Positions 36,479 to 49,974 of a stretch of DNA of 64,000 nt are shown one piece after another. Within the stretch, counting starts at the first letter, position 1. Each line of letters opens with the position of its first letter. The translations under genes were made by a program, and so were the position numbers. The notes beneath the pieces were generated by a model. The model was not told where the DNA came from. It saw nothing but the letters and a program-made list of their open reading frames with translations, and made no database searches. Source of the DNA: Felis catus (Eukaryota); contig NC_058373.1 in assembly GCF_018350175.1 (NCBI RefSeq), positions 103,170,001 through 103,234,000 on the forward strand, given 5' to 3'.

Positions 36479-37875
36479 AAAATGGGGGTAATAGGAGCAC
36501 CCACATCACAGGGTTGTGGTGAGGGTTACGTTGAGTTAGTCTATGTAGCACCTTGGACAGCACCTGGCACAAAGGAAGCATTGTGTACAGGACCATGATT
36601 GTGAGGATCTCACTAAAAGAAGGGAGGGAGATGAGTAGGGAGGGAGATGAGTATGGAGGGACACGCCCGGTTTTCCTCCATGGGAGGAAAACCAGAGACT
36701 GGGGCTTGGGGCTCCTGCACCGGCCTCCTTACAGGAGGTTTCTGGGAAGCCCGAGCATTGTTGTCATTACTGTAGGTCCCAGGAACTTGTAGGCTCTTGC
36801 CCTGTACAGGTCTTGCTTAGGCCTCCCTTGGGTCAGTACGAGAAAGGTTGATGACCCTGTTTGTGGTTTTTGACCTCCATTTTTCATTTCTAGCTCCTCT
36901 TTTTACTGTAGCTTGTCATTAATATACCAAGAAAGTAAATTAAAAGGAAACGTTGCATTTGTGACCATATTAACTTCTAATTGGAACATTCATTCTTCCT
37001 TTATGGTAGTAAAATGATGGCTGTAAAGGGATGTTTCCTGTATTGAAACAGATTTATAATTGATGTCAATTAGAAACTGTGTATTAATTGGGAAAGCTAA
37101 TATGCAATGTGGCTACTTGGAACTCCCACTCTTCTCTCCCGGCCTTCTCATGTGTTTGTGGTAACCGTGAGCAGCATGGGGTGTCTACACACCGACCTTG
37201 GCAGCTCCCGAACTTGAGAGCACGGTTCTGGAAACAGTTACGTGTGTGCCATGACAGTGGGACTCGAGGCTAAGTGATCTTGGGAAATACCACTTGCTGT
37301 GTGTGCCACATGGAGGTTCGCAGGGCGTAGTAGCATATTAAAGGCTGCGAGAAGGATGGCAGCAGAGAAGCCTGCCTGACTTTCTTTGGTTTGCTTGACA
37401 AACTTGGAAATGAACTTTTGGATTTCTTGGCTTGAGTAGTGCTGCTGTAACTATCATGGAAGACTGGGTTCTGTATATACTGGTTTTGGCAGGAGGAAAA
37501 TTCCTGATCGACCTCCAAGTTTAATATACACACCAGGCTCTGATTCCATGAGTTGCCTGCAGTTCCTGCTCTTACTTGTTCTCTGTCAGGGTGTAATTAT
37601 TAAGCCCATTTCCCTGTTCATCTGCAGAGAAAGTATCAGGAAAATGGTCACAGGTGAGAGACAGGAAAAGTGTTGCCTGATTAGTGTTGCTGAGAATTCT
37701 ATTCTTCTAAGAGTTAATCCAGGAGCAGACTTCAGATTTAAAATTTTCAAAGGCCTATGTCTTAGGCCCTAGGGGCCATTTTTATGCTCTAATAGTAATT
37801 TATGAAAGGCAAAAATTTGATTAAGATTCTACATAAAAGAATTAAGTGTGTATAGAAGTAGAGAACTTGAGAATT

Positions 37876-38069
37876 AAAAAAAATTTTTTTTTTAATGTTT
37901 AATTTTGAGAGAGGGCACACATGCATGGGAGGAGCAGAGAGAGGGAGACACAAAATCTGAAGCAGGCTCCAGGCTCTGAGCTGTCAGCACAGAGCCCGAT
38001 GAGGGGCTCGAACCCATGATGTAACCTGAGCCGAGGTCGGAATCAACCAATGGAGCCACTCAGGCCCCC
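37876..38069 (-). mobile_element. Can-SINE
   Basis: SINE body with TSD gaacttgaga at 37863-37872 and 38071-38080. Confidence 0.9.
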
Positions 38070-38379
38070 TGAACTTGAGATTTTCTTAACTTAAATATGA
38101 GAATGATAGGTGCAGAGGGCTTTTTGTAGAGTAACCACTTGCCCAGCTGTGGAAAAACCAAGTCCAATTTGTGTGCTAGAGATAATCCATGAACACGTGG
38201 TATTTGTGAATGTGACCACTGTAACAATTTAAGATACCTTGTGGCCTTCTACTGAGTATAAATTTAAATCTTTCCATCTTCAGGGTTGATTAATTTTTTT
38301 AATTTTTTGAAATTTATGGGTCTTGTTTCAGATCTAAGTTTATCAATACTGTATCAGGAAATAATATGAGGCTACCCTA

Positions 38380-40060
38380 TTTACTATATGCTTTTTAAAA
38401 CGTTTAATTCTGATTTAAAAAAATATGTTCAACATAGCCCTTTGGGAAGTATAGAAAAATATAAAAAATAATATAATTGTCTAGCAGTAATCATTTAATG
38501 TATTGGTATATTTCAGTTTTTTCTAGGAATATTAAGTAACTGAACATATTAAAGATACCATATGTACATTTTGTATTCTGGTTTTTATAATCCTTTTTCA
38601 TCACTATTAAGAATTTGTGGTAAATACAATTTCATCATGTAGAATTATAGGATCTACTTAATCCATGATTGAATATTTAGGTTACTTGCAGTTTTTGCCA
38701 TTATAAATAATGACATAATTAACATCTTTGTGCATAAAACTCGCATTTCAAAATTATGTTCAGAGAATAGATCTTTCAAAATAGAATTACTAGGTCAAAG
38801 AACATGAGTACTTTTGTAAGCATGTTGATACACATTAAGTTATTTTACAGAGAAATTATACCAATTAACCTTCTCACCAGAGGTGTATTAGTGACAAGAG
38901 GTCACTTCAACAGTTTGGTAATTTTACTGGCAAATAATTTTATTTAAAAATTTTTTTAGTGTCTATTTATTTTTGAGAGATAGGGAGAGACAGAGGTGAG
39001 TGGGGGAGGGCGGGGGATGGGGACAGAGAGAGAGGGAGACACAGAACCTGAAGCAGGCTCCAGGCTCTGAGCTGTCAGCACTGAACCCAACGTGGGGCTC
39101 GAACTCACAAACAGTGAGATCATGACCTGAGCTGAAGTCAGACGCTTAACCAACTAAGCCACCCAGGCACCCCAGCAGATAATAATTTTAATTTGCATTT
39201 CTTTGATTACTGATGAACTTGAACATTTAAAAAGTGTTCATTAGCCATTGTTTCTCTGAAGTTTCTATTCATGTTCTTTATTTTTCTATTATGTATCTAG
39301 GGGAATGTCTGGTTTTTTTCCTTCTAAAAACATTTACCTATTAAAGGTATTAAGTTTCTGTCATATTATTGCCAATATTTTTTTTCTAGCTTTGGATGTG
39401 TATTCTTATAATTGTTGCTGTGCAGAATTTCAGATTTTTACATATTTAAGTGTACTTGTCCTTTTCTTTGTAATTTTTTCCACTATATGTAGAACATTAT
39501 TTTTCGTATCCTTGAACCAGTGATCAGCTTTGCTTTCTTTAGTTTTATGACTGTTGTTCATTTATTTGTTGAATATTTCAGAATTTTGTGGTGGAGGGGA
39601 ACATGTAGCACGACACTTTTTTTTTTTTTCTCCTTTTAAAGTAGTCAGTTTCCGTACACAATTCACTGAATAATCCAACTTTTCCCATTGGCTTACAGAC
39701 CTTTCTTCATCTTCTATTACTTTCTTATATACTCAAGGTACTATTTCTGGAATATTTCTTTGGTTCCATTGGTTTGTGGGTTTTGTTCTCAAGTAATCGG
39801 TTTTAATTACTACAGCAATACCACTTAAGTTGTATATCTTTTCCTACAGTTAATACTTAATTCAAGTTTTTAGTTAGGCAAGGATTTTTAGAACAGTATT
39901 TAGTAAAGATGGTAATAATCATCCTTATTTTATTTCTGATTTTTAATACAAATGCTTTTACTGTTTTACCTTTAAATAATTGTGGGAAGGAAATGTTCTT
40001 TGTGGCTCTTAAAAACATTAATCTGTAATAAACTTATCAAATGCCTTTTCGGCATCTATA
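38380..40060 (-). mobile_element. Highly diverged ancient L1 (L1ME-like) fragments
   Basis: ttaggttacttgcagtttttgccattataaataatg...aacatctttgtgcata...tagaattactaggtcaaag...ttttaatttgcatttctttgattact resemble reverse L1 ORF2 and 3' sequence. Boundaries are approximate. Confidence 0.6.
38951..39173 (-). mobile_element. Can-SINE
   Basis: Full body ending gccacccaggcacccc. Confidence 0.93.
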
Positions 40061-40372
40061 TGAAGTCTGAATTTGGAAGTTGTTTATACAGTGAATTTTT
40101 GTAAGTGAATCACACTTCGCGAGAACTTCCATTGCATATTCCAAAATGTGTCCCTAGAGAAAATGCTTAGGCCTCAAGCAAAATACATTTTTTTGATGCC
40201 AGAAACTTTGCTTTCCCTCAAAGGCAGTAGGACATTTTCTTAATTACCAGATAGAAAAACCTCTTCTTCAAGCAGAAAGATGGAGTCTGGAAGACCTTGG
40301 CCCTATTCTGAGGAACTCTTTTACGAACCATGTCCAAAACTTAAATTCTAGAAACCCTAAAGGCAGAATTTG

Positions 40373-40393
40373 GTGTTTTTTTTTGTTTTTGTT

Positions 40394-40441
<48 letters not shown>

Positions 40442-41821
40442 TATATGAAATTTATTGACAAATTGGTTTCCATACCACACCCAGTGCTCATCCCAAAAGG
40501 TGCCCTCCTCAATACCCATCACCCACCCTCCCCTCCCTCCCAACCCCCATCAACCCTCAGTTCTCAGTTTTTAACAGTCTCTTATGCTTTGGCTCTCTCC
40601 CACTCTAACCTCTTTTTTTTTTTTTTTTTCCTTCCCCTCCCCCATGGGTTCCTGTTAAGTTTCTCAGGATCCACATAAGAGTGAAACCATATGGTATCTG
40701 TCTTTCTCTGTATGGCTTATTTCACTTAGCATCACACTCTCCAGTTCCATCCACGTTGCTACAAAGGGCCATATTTCATTTTTTCTCATTGCCACGTAGT
40801 ACTCCATTGTGTATATAAACCACAATTTCTTTATCCATTCATCAGTTGATGGACATTTAGGCTCTTTCCATAATTTGGCTATTGTTGAGAGTGCTGTTAT
40901 GAACATTGGGGTACAAGTGGCCCTATGCATCAGTACTCCTGTATCCCTTGGATAAATTCCTAGCAGTGCTATTGCTGGGTCATAGGGTAGGTCTATTTTT
41001 AATTTTCTGAGGAACCTCCACACTGCTTTCCAGAGCGGCTGCACCAATTTGCATTCCCACCAACAGTGCAAGAGGGTTCCCGTTTCTCCACATCCTCTCC
41101 AGCATCTAGAGTCTCCTGATTTGTTCATTTTGGCCACTCTGACTGGCGTGAGGTGATACCTGAGTGTGGTTTTGATTTGTATTTCCCTGATAAGGAGCGA
41201 CGCTGAACATCTTTTCATGTGCCTGTTGGCCATCCGGATGTCTTCTTTAGAGAAGTGTCTATTCATGTTTTCTGCCCATTTCTTCACTGGGTTATTTGTT
41301 TTTCGGGTGTGGAGTTTGGTGAGCTCTTTATAGATTTTGGATACTAGCCCTTTGTCCGATATGTCATTTGCAAATATCTTTTCCCATTCCGTTGGTTGCC
41401 TTTTAGTTTTGTTGATTGTTTCCTTTGCTGTGCAGAAGCTTATTTTCATAAGGTCCCAGTAATTCACTTTTGCTTTTAATTCCCTTGCCTTTGGGGATGT
41501 GTCGAGTAAGAGATTGCTACGGCTGAGGTCAGAGAGGTCTTTTCCTGCTTTCTCCTCTAAGGTTTTGATGGTTTCCTGTCTCACATTCAGGTCCTTTATC
41601 CATTTTGAGTTTATTTTTGTGAATGGTGTGAGAAAGTGGTCTAGTTTCAACCTTCTGCATGTTGCTGTCCAGTTCTCCCAGCACCATTTGTTAAAGAGGC
41701 TGTCTTTTTTCCATTGGATGTTCTTTCCTGCTTTGTCAAAGATGAGTTGGCCATACGTTTGTGGGTCTAGTTCTGGGGTTTCTATTCTATTCCATTGGTC
41801 TATGTGTTTGTTTTTGTGCCA
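40373..41821 (-). mobile_element. Recent 5'-truncated felid L1 (L1_Fc-like), 1449 bp
   Basis: Perfect 17-bp TSD cctaaaggcagaatttg at 40356-40372 and 41822-41838, an (AAAT)n/A tail, a felid 3'UTR and an ORF2 C-terminus. Confidence 0.97.
40664..41821 (-). pseudogene. L1 ORF2p C-terminal remnant (Cys-rich domain); endonuclease and RT domains absent
   Basis: The frame is open from the truncation point ([14 protein letters not shown]...) through ORF 40664..41650, including [18 protein letters not shown], to the natural stop. Confidence 0.92.
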
Positions 41822-41916
41822 CCTAAAGGCAGAATTTGAACGAAGATTCAGGAACCTACTACCAACCTAGCTAAGTGCCTCAAAGATGCTTCTTGATTTG
41901 ACTTGAACATCTATTC

Positions 41917-42107
41917 CAGCATTGTCCAGTCGAAGCTTCTGTGATGATGGAAAGTTTCCAAAGCCCTGCTGTCCAGTAGGGTGGACACTGGCCACATCTG
42001 GCTGTTGAGCACTTGAAATGTGGCTAGCATGAAGAACTGAATTTTTAAGTCCGGTTAAAATGTAAATAGCTGTATGCGGCTAATGGTGCTATAGTGGATA
42101 ATGCAGA
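41917..42107. mobile_element. MER3-like hAT-Charlie MITE
   Basis: cagcattgtccagtcgaagcttctgtgatgatggaaag...ggccacatctggctgttgagcacttgaaatgtggctag...gtggataatgcag. Confidence 0.8.
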
Positions 42108-43520
42108 TCTGTACAATGAGTCAGGATATATCGGAGGTCACTTGTGGCTCTCAAACTGTGCCTCTCTAATATGGCTAGAAATATCCTAAGAAATCTTAGA
42201 TTTTAAGAATTTGTAAGTTGGGAGATTTGGGATGGAAACCTCGAAGTTCTGATTTCTGGATTCTTGATAAGATACTCCCTGTATTCAGATTATGTACCTG
42301 AGCGTTGACTGACTCCTAGTATCCACTTAAAAAATCGTATTTGTGGTAATTGACAAGTTAGTATATTTTCCTGGTGAATGTGAAGTTTTTCCTCTTGTAG
42401 TTGATGGGCTAATATGCCAAACCAAAACTAACTTCTAGCTCATCTTCTATAGCATTGAAGGTTGGTTGTTATAAAATCATTCACCACAGCTGCTCAGAAG
42501 TCCTTTTGTGTAACTGACCTGATTCACCTACTACTGCTTTTCTAAAATGTGACTTTAGGCAGTGCTTTCATTTTCTTGAAATAAACTTGATTTTATATAC
42601 TAATATTTCCCAATCTTGTATTGCAACTCTTATATTCAGGTGTTCTAGAAATCTTTTAAAAAAGTTATGTGAAAGGTTATCCATGTAGTTTCAATATGCA
42701 TGAGGTAAAGCCACCATTGGGTTTATGTTTTGCAGCCCATTAAAGTATTTATATTTGGTGTAAACCGTTCATTCCCCTCATTCTGTCATGGGTAATTGAT
42801 TCGAGTGAATATATTGTATAATCCTCTTCAACTTAGTTGTTATACACAATAGCAATTATGTATCTTTTAAATCATCAAGGCATTGGCCAGCAAGGTTTCA
42901 AAAGTTAGGTGTCTTGCTCTGACACGCCTGTATTTCTAGGAATTTCTAAATTCAGGTGCGTTTGCTAAAGGTTTACGGTAAACATTTGTTTAGGATACAT
43001 CAGTAAAGGATAGATTAGTGTGATTCTTCGCAAAATTTTAAAGGAAAAGAGATTGTAAGTAATTTAGTTATTAAGAATAGTTAGAACTTATTTATCTGTA
43101 TTTATCATACAGAAAAGATTGCAATGCTAGTTTCAGTTTCTGGCTTTAATTCTTTGGACCAGTTATAAACTCTTTGTACGTCAATTTCTTTAGTTGAAAT
43201 GCCCATAGCTTTAGTACATGTTAGATGATGGGCCCAATGCTAGTTTCAGATGCTCCCTTTTTAGGCAACGTTTGAGATGTTCACTTTTTAGAGGACTCTT
43301 ACTATGGTGGAAGTTGTATATGAACAGATTTAAAAGAATCAGTGCTCTGCCAGATAGTAATTTTATCCTAATTCTTTTATGTCTAAATTTGAATTTTAGA
43401 GACTAAGATCTTTATATACGCACGTAGCTGACTTGAGGGACCACAGCTTTTGATTGACGTAATTTATTGAAGACCTAGAATTTGATATTTCACATCCCTC
43501 ATTAAAAAGTATACATTAAA

Positions 43521-43737
43521 GGGGCGCCTGGGTGGCGCAGTCGGTTAAGCGTCCGACTTCAGCCAGGTCACGATCTCGCGGTCCGTGAGTTCAAGCCCCG
43601 CGTCGGGCTCTGGGCTGATGGCTCAGAGCCTGGAGCCTGTTTCCGATTCTGTGTCTCCCTCTCTCTCTGCCCCTCCCCCGTTCATGCTCTGTCTCTCTCT
43701 GTCCCCAAAATAAAATAAACGTTGAAAAAAAAATTAA
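43521..43737 (+). mobile_element. Young SINEC_Fc
   Basis: Near-consensus and CpG-rich. TSD aaaaagtatacattaaa at 43504-43520 and 43738-43754. Confidence 0.97.
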
Positions 43738-43934
43738 AAAAAGTATACATTAAAAAAATTTTTTTTTCTTAATTTAAAAAGGGACACATTTGGAATTCTT
43801 ATCTTCCTTCAGAATGAGAGAGTCTTTATATATAAAACTTTGGGCATATATTTGATGGTTTATGTGTCTTTAGCCCAAAGTCTTTAGGTACTGAGGAAGC
43901 TACTTAATTTGCTTTTGAAATTCAGAACATCATT

Positions 43935-44340
43935 TCATTTTTGCCATATAATGCTGTGTAACAGGTCATCCCCAAACTCTGTGCCTTTTAAAACAATAAT
44001 CATTTATTGTCATGAATCCGTGGGTTGGTTGAGACGGCTCTGCTTTAGGCAGTGATGGAGTGGCTTTGCTTCATGCTGCATACATGTGGTTTGGATCTCC
44101 TCCAAGTGTCTCTCCTTCTCCTTGGCAGGCTGCCTGGGACATAGTCTTCCTATGGCCATGTCAGAGATGCCAGAAGATAATCTCAAGTACCAAGCACATC
44201 TCAAGCCCCTGCTTGCATCACATTTGTTAACATTCATTGGCCAAAGCAAGTCACATGGCCCAACCCCACGTCCAGGGCAAGGCAGTTAACTGGAGCTATA
44301 AAGTCATGGCTAAGGGCGTGTCTTGTTTCATGTCTACCAT
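43935..44340 (-). mobile_element. Old MaLR LTR (MLT1H/I/J-like)
   Basis: aatgctgtgtaacaggtcatccccaaactc...aaaacaataatcatttatt...cattggccaaagcaagtcacatggcc. Confidence 0.7.
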
Positions 44341-45917
44341 GTACAATTTATGCACCTGATCATCTTAATTTAGGTGACGAGAGGCTAAAATAAGCAAATG
44401 TTAAAGTGATGAAGAATGAACGTTTGGGATTTAATCTGTTTTTCCAAAATGGCGAAATACGTAAAGGGGTGTAGAGTGTAAGATGGTACTCATTCAAGAA
44501 TAAGATGAATCTTTACCTGGTTCTCAAATTGTACAATATCTCAAATTGTACTATATCAAATCCATTTTTTGCCACACTTTTTTTTCCCTCTTTGTGATCT
44601 TTTCTCTGTTAGAGATCAAATCACTGAAGAGTAATACTTTAATTCTCACCTATAAGTTAAACAGTTGATTCTCTGTAAAGCAGTAAGATTAATACATATT
44701 TAATTGGAGGTGTTTGGACTGTTGGAGCCAATGACCGAATAAAAGAAGTAGTCTTAGATCTTGTAAGAGTAACAAGTTTTCCCTATTCCCAACATTTTGC
44801 GTATCTTTAAGTATTCAGTGAAAAATGTTCTGCTGTTGGCCCCCCAGCAATACATAACAGTCAAAGATTCAATACAGTAAAAAAAAAAGAAAACAAAAAG
44901 AAATACAACTTGTGGATTTAACCAATTTGATGAAAAAGGGAAGAGAAATACCTCAAAGGAGCAAATGGCTAAGTATGAGATGATAAAGGAATGGTTTATG
45001 AAAAGAACATTATTTTTTAGGTAGACTGGATTTGCTGTGCACGTTGGTTGCTTTCGAACGGCCCGGTTGGAGGAGGAAGCACGTAGGGAGGGGTGACCCT
45101 CTAGAGTCCACAGGAATGGGATGGATGCAAGAAAGAGTGATGGCACAGGGAGGCTGGGGCCATGCCTCTCCTGAGCTCCTCTCCTAGCACGCTGCAGCAG
45201 AATCCAAACCATAGAATGTTCTGCCTTCCTACATTATGGGGAAGGAAAGTGAGGTTCTGAGAAGTTCCAGGACTTGTGCAAAGTCCCCTGTGGGATTAGA
45301 TGCAGGGCCAGGATGGCCGTCCCCGTACTTCTTGCTGCAAGGGGCGTGTGGGTGTACAAACCCAGGAAGAACAGCCTAAAAACCTCCTGGTGTGGGGGTA
45401 GTATTGTGTTCCTGTTATAAAAAACTTTTTAATATTTCACTTTGGGAAATACTTTGGTATGCAGAAGCTAAAACACCTCCAGATAAGAAAAGGCAACCTC
45501 TGAAAATATAGCTGTCGCGGAGATTTGGGAGGGTTTTGGAACTGTGGCGGCCATAAAAGACAGTCGTGTCAGTAATGACTGAAACAGTCACCTTCCTTAG
45601 ACAAGAGGACGGTATTTTAGTTGGGTGTAATGCTTTCTGTGCCCTTATGTACTTGAAACGCTTGAAAGAGTCTTAGGAATCTTTTTTTAAAATTTGTAAT
45701 TTTGTGTTGCTGTCTTCGTAGCTGAAGGAACAGGCCCATCTTCAGTAAGTTCACAGCACAGGATGGGAAAAGGGTTGCAGCTGGAATTGCTGGTGATCCC
45801 TGCACCCCCATCACTATCTCCACACTAATGTGGTGACTGTTTCACTGAGCCCCTCCTCAGTTTGAAGGGACCACGTGGAGCTGAAGAGGCTTATGCATAT
45901 GAAAAGGAAACTTCTCA

Positions 45918-46123
45918 GGGCGCCTGGGTGGCTTAGTTGGTTAAGCGTCTGACCTCGGCTCAGGTCACGATCTCATGGTTCATGAGTTCAAGTCCTGCTT
46001 ACGGCTCTGTGCTGACAGCTGAGAGGCTGGAGTCTGCTTCAGATTCTGTGTCTCCCTCTCTCTCTGCACCTCTCCTGCTCGGCTCTCTCTCAAAAATAAA
46101 TATTAAAAAAAATTAAAACATTA
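45918..46123 (+). mobile_element. Can-SINE
   Basis: Perfect 16-bp TSD aaaaggaaacttctca at 45902-45917 and 46124-46139. Confidence 0.96.
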
Positions 46124-47667
46124 AAAAGGAAACTTCTCAAAAGCATCCACCAAAACGGTGTAAGAAAAATGGAAGATGAACCTGTGCCATCACACAGGTC
46201 AGCTATAGCAGACAACCGTTAAAGGTTCCATGAGTCCCATCCCATGTGTAGGGCGTGGCAAGACCTGTCACTGTCCAGGTTCAAAACTTAATGTTTGGAT
46301 TCATTTTTTCCCATTGTTTTCTAACTCAATTTCAGCAGCGTGTGTCAGTATTATTTTCTAATTCTGTTACCTTGTCTGCCTTTGCCTGACTCTGTTAAGA
46401 GGCAAGTACCTTAAGGTTAGTACCCTTAGCCCCTTAGGCTCTGGCCCTGAGGCCTGACTCCCCCTCCCGCCCTCCCTCCCCCAGGTACTACCCGGGATGC
46501 ATTCTTGAGTGAACATGTTCGTTTCATATTGATTGAACGTTAAGTAGCTACTTGAGGCAAAGACCCTTTCCAGCCAGAAGTGGGGCGTTGAAAATTCTCA
46601 TTTTAAGGCCAAGCCCAGGAAGATTTTCTGAATGAACTGATGTTTAAAAAGCAGCAGGTTATCACCAGAGGGGATACACTGTTCCAGTGCTGTCATAATT
46701 AGTTCTCTGGCTAGAAATGAACATCTATTTATGTAACCCTACAGTATTTGTTAGGCACAGAGAAATAAACGCTGTTGGGTCCCAGGGCTTTATATATAAA
46801 GTTCATTCGGGCAAGGCAAATCCAGATGCGTTATGACAGATGAAATAATGAACGAGGCCCTAATAATGTCAGGCTGGTGTCAGGCATTTAATTGGTTTAT
46901 GTGCATTTTCTTACAGTTCCACTGGTGCATTCACTCTCATGGTGAGTTAATGCGTGCTCTGTCGAAGCAGGTGCCACAGTGCAAGAGTTTATCAGACTGT
47001 GTGCCCTGCCTTCACGTCTCTCATCTGTGGGGTCACTGACGTGTTCATCTGCATTGTACAGCCTACTTTGGTTGTAGTAGTTGCTTGTGATTGATCTGTG
47101 CAAGTGACAGAAATGTTGCTTTCGAGGGAGGGCAGAGCGTTCAGGCTGCAGTGGGAAACCGTGCTGCTTCTGGAATGTGGCTCTGTAATGCTCATGATGC
47201 CTCCACTTGTGTACCCCACATCTTCTTCCCCGTTTCTGCGTGGACGCTGCTCTGAGCTCAGGCTGGTCGAGATCAAACGTGATGCCTCCAAAATGTAACT
47301 GGTAGCCTCTAGCACATGTCTCTTGCCATTTCCCATAGAAAATTCTTTTTGACGAATGCATTTTTAGGTGCTAGGCATCTTAAGACTGCATCTTTGTGTT
47401 GTGTGCCAGGAAATGCCTTGAATTTAAAAATTGTCGGTATCTACGGGAAGGAATGACGCTTGGAGTCAGACAAAAGTAGGTGTGGATTCAGGTTCAGCCT
47501 GTCCTTTCCTAGCTGTGCAAGTTTGTGTTTCAACCATTCTGTCCACTGGGAGTAATAACACCTCCCTCACTGAGTTTCTTGGCACAAAGCATTTGCTGTG
47601 CACTTACTACGGAAAACATGCAAACTCTGAATCTTAATCCAGGGAAAACCCTCAATTTGTGAGGCTT

Positions 47668-47882
47668 TTTTTTTTTCAACATTTTTTATTTATTTTTGGG
47701 ACAGAGAGAGACAGAGCATGAACGGGGGAGGGGCAGAGAGAGAGGGAGACACAGAATCGGAAACAGGCTCCAGGCTCCGAGCCATCAGCCCAGAGCCCGA
47801 TGCGGGGCTCGAACTCACGGACCGAGAGATCGTGACCTGGCTGATGTCGGACGCTTAACCGACTGTGCCACCCAGGCGCCCC
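47668..47882 (-). mobile_element. Young SINEC_Fc
   Basis: Near-consensus body. TSD ttgtgaggctt at 47657-47667 and 47883-47893. Confidence 0.96.
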
Positions 47883-48489
47883 TTGTGAGGCTTCTTAAAC
47901 AGGGTTTTCATTGTCTTTCACAACATCCAAATACTTTTACTGTTAAGACCAACTATTTCCTCTGTGTATGTGAAGAGTTAAGTTTTCATCACATGCTTAC
48001 TAAATAAGTGGATGTTTTTAAAGTCTCCAGAATTTTTTTTTTTTTAATGGGAAGCTTGAAAAGCGACTTGTGGATTTGAATCAAAATGCCCCGTTAAGCA
48101 GCTAAAACAGGTGTGTCAGCAGCACTTGGAAATACTCTTTCTACAAACTGACTGGCTGAAGAGCTTGCCAGGCCAGGGAATATTCTGCCTTTCTTTCTTG
48201 GAAAGAAGCCTTTTGCCTTTGTAGGCAGAATCACATCTTTAGCTCTACTCCGTTACATAGAAGATGATCGTGTCTTGTCACGTAGTAACCCTGGGTGGGT
48301 TTCAGTGCCTGTGAGCCCTGTGCGGTGTGCCAGGTGGTGGGGACGGACTTGATGTTCCCTGGTCTGGATGGGGAGCCAGGAAGTAGGAGGGGAAGATTCT
48401 GTGATGGTGTTCAGGAGGAGGTGACCATGCTTGACAGATCAGGGGATGAAGGAGAGGCTGTGAGGAGGGAGAAGGGAATATTGGGGCTT

Positions 48490-48995
48490 GTTGTAGTGTA
48501 ACCAACTACCCCCAACTCACTGGCTTGATACAACCACCATCTTATTTATTGCACCGTTCTGTGGGTCAGGAATTTAGGCAGTGCTCAGCTGGGCAGTTTT
48601 TCTGCCCCATTTGGTAGCCCTTGGTGATCGTCAGCTGAGGGATGGTCTGGTCTGGAAGGTCCAAGGCTGCTTCATTCATGTGACTGGCGCCTTAACTGGG
48701 TGGTTGGAAGGCTGGGCTCTGCTGAGACTGCTGACTGGAGCCCCTACGTGGCCTCCCCAGCATGGTGGTCCCAGGTCTCTTCCATGGCAGCTCAAGGCTC
48801 ACACAAGACCCAGGCAGAAGCTGCGAGGCTTTTTCAGACCTGGCTTGGGAAATCTCAGAACATCACTTCCTCTACATCCTGTTGGGAAGCAGGTCCCTTA
48901 CCAGCACAGGCCAGCGCAGGTGTAGGGAGAGGGGAACTAGACTCACCTCTCACTGGGAGAAGTCATGGGCATCTGTGGTCATCTCTGATCTGCCA
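48490..48995 (-). mobile_element. MaLR LTR (MLT1F/G-like)
   Basis: gtgtaaccaactacccccaactcactggcttg...ttctgtgggtcaggaatttaggcag...cagaacatcacttc...tagactcacctctcactgggag. Confidence 0.75.
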
Positions 48996-49082
48996 CTCTG
49001 ATACAAGAGCCAGTGGGAGACTTTTGGAGTGGGGTGGGGGTTGAGTAGGGTGGTGGCATGACACATGACCGAACGTACTTTT

Positions 49083-49292
49083 ATTTTTTTATGTTTATTT
49101 ATTTGAGAGAAAGGACATGTGCGAGAGCGTGGGGGGAGGGACAGAGAGAGAGGGAGACAGAGAATCCCAAGCAGGCTCCACACTGTCAGCACAGAGCCAG
49201 ATGCAGGGCTCAAACTCATGAACTGTGAGATCATGACCTGAGTTGAAGCCAAGAGTTGGACACTTAACCGACTGAGCCACCCAGGTATCCCC
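49083..49292 (-). mobile_element. Can-SINE
   Basis: Full body with TSD aacgtactttt / aatgtactttt. Confidence 0.93.
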
Positions 49293-49744
49293 AAATGTAC
49301 TTTTAGATTTGGGGCAAAGATCAAATGATAGCGGATTGAAGAGTCTATGAGCACTAGAAGCAGGGCAGTAGGTGAGGAGCTCTCTTGGCTGTTAGGAGAA
49401 GGTGGTATGGGAGGGGAGGCTCGGAGGGAGACCCAGGGTCTAGGGGCTGGCTTGTGTTGTTACTTGTTTACTCTGAAGATGGGTGAGGTCACCAATGACC
49501 CAGTCTGTTCCAGATCATGGAAGTACATTTCTGTTCTATGAACTGGCCTTTTAACTGATTAAACACTGTAACTTCTCTTGCCTCCTTCATGTCTTTCCCG
49601 GGATACCCCTGTAATTCCTGTTTGTCTTCCTAATAATGCCATCCCCCTGGCCTAGGCCAGAAGCCTGTATGCCATTACCTTTCTCTGTCCCTCCCTCTGT
49701 GCAGCCAGATGGGTCTCCAAATACTATTGATACTTGTCTTCAGA

Positions 49745-49910
49745 ACCAAGGAGCTCAACTGTGGCTGCAAGTGCACGTCCCCTGTGGAACTTGGACAGTG
49801 TGCACACCTGGAGCCCTGTACCAGAACTGCAGACTCAGCATCTCTTGAGACCTAGGTGTGCATAGTTTTGTAAAGCTTCCCTGGTGATTCTGATGCTCAC
49901 TTAGCACTGA
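49745..49910. mobile_element. MER5-like hAT-Charlie remnant
   Basis: cagactcagcatctct...agttttgtaaagcttccctggtgattctgatgc resembles the MER5A 3' half. Confidence 0.55.
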
Positions 49911-49974
49911 AAACAACTCTCTGCAAGCTTTGTCTAATCCTCCAGTTCCTTTCCGTGCTGCTTGGGTTTAGGCC

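Noticed and set aside
40664..41650. 328-aa ORF as a host or domesticated gene
   Set aside because: It is L1 ORF2 C-terminus inside a TSD-flanked, 5'-truncated L1 with no promoter. The open frame is explained by young age.
41499..41870. 123-aa plus-strand ORF
   Set aside because: Antisense frame of L1 ORF2, a common artefact.
43521..43600. tRNA gene (A and B boxes)
   Set aside because: This is the tRNA-derived head of a Can-SINE, followed by a CT tract, A tail and TSD.
46833..47361. 154-aa and 114-aa minus-strand ORFs as a possible retrocopy
   Set aside because: No recognisable domain, poly(A) tail or TSD.
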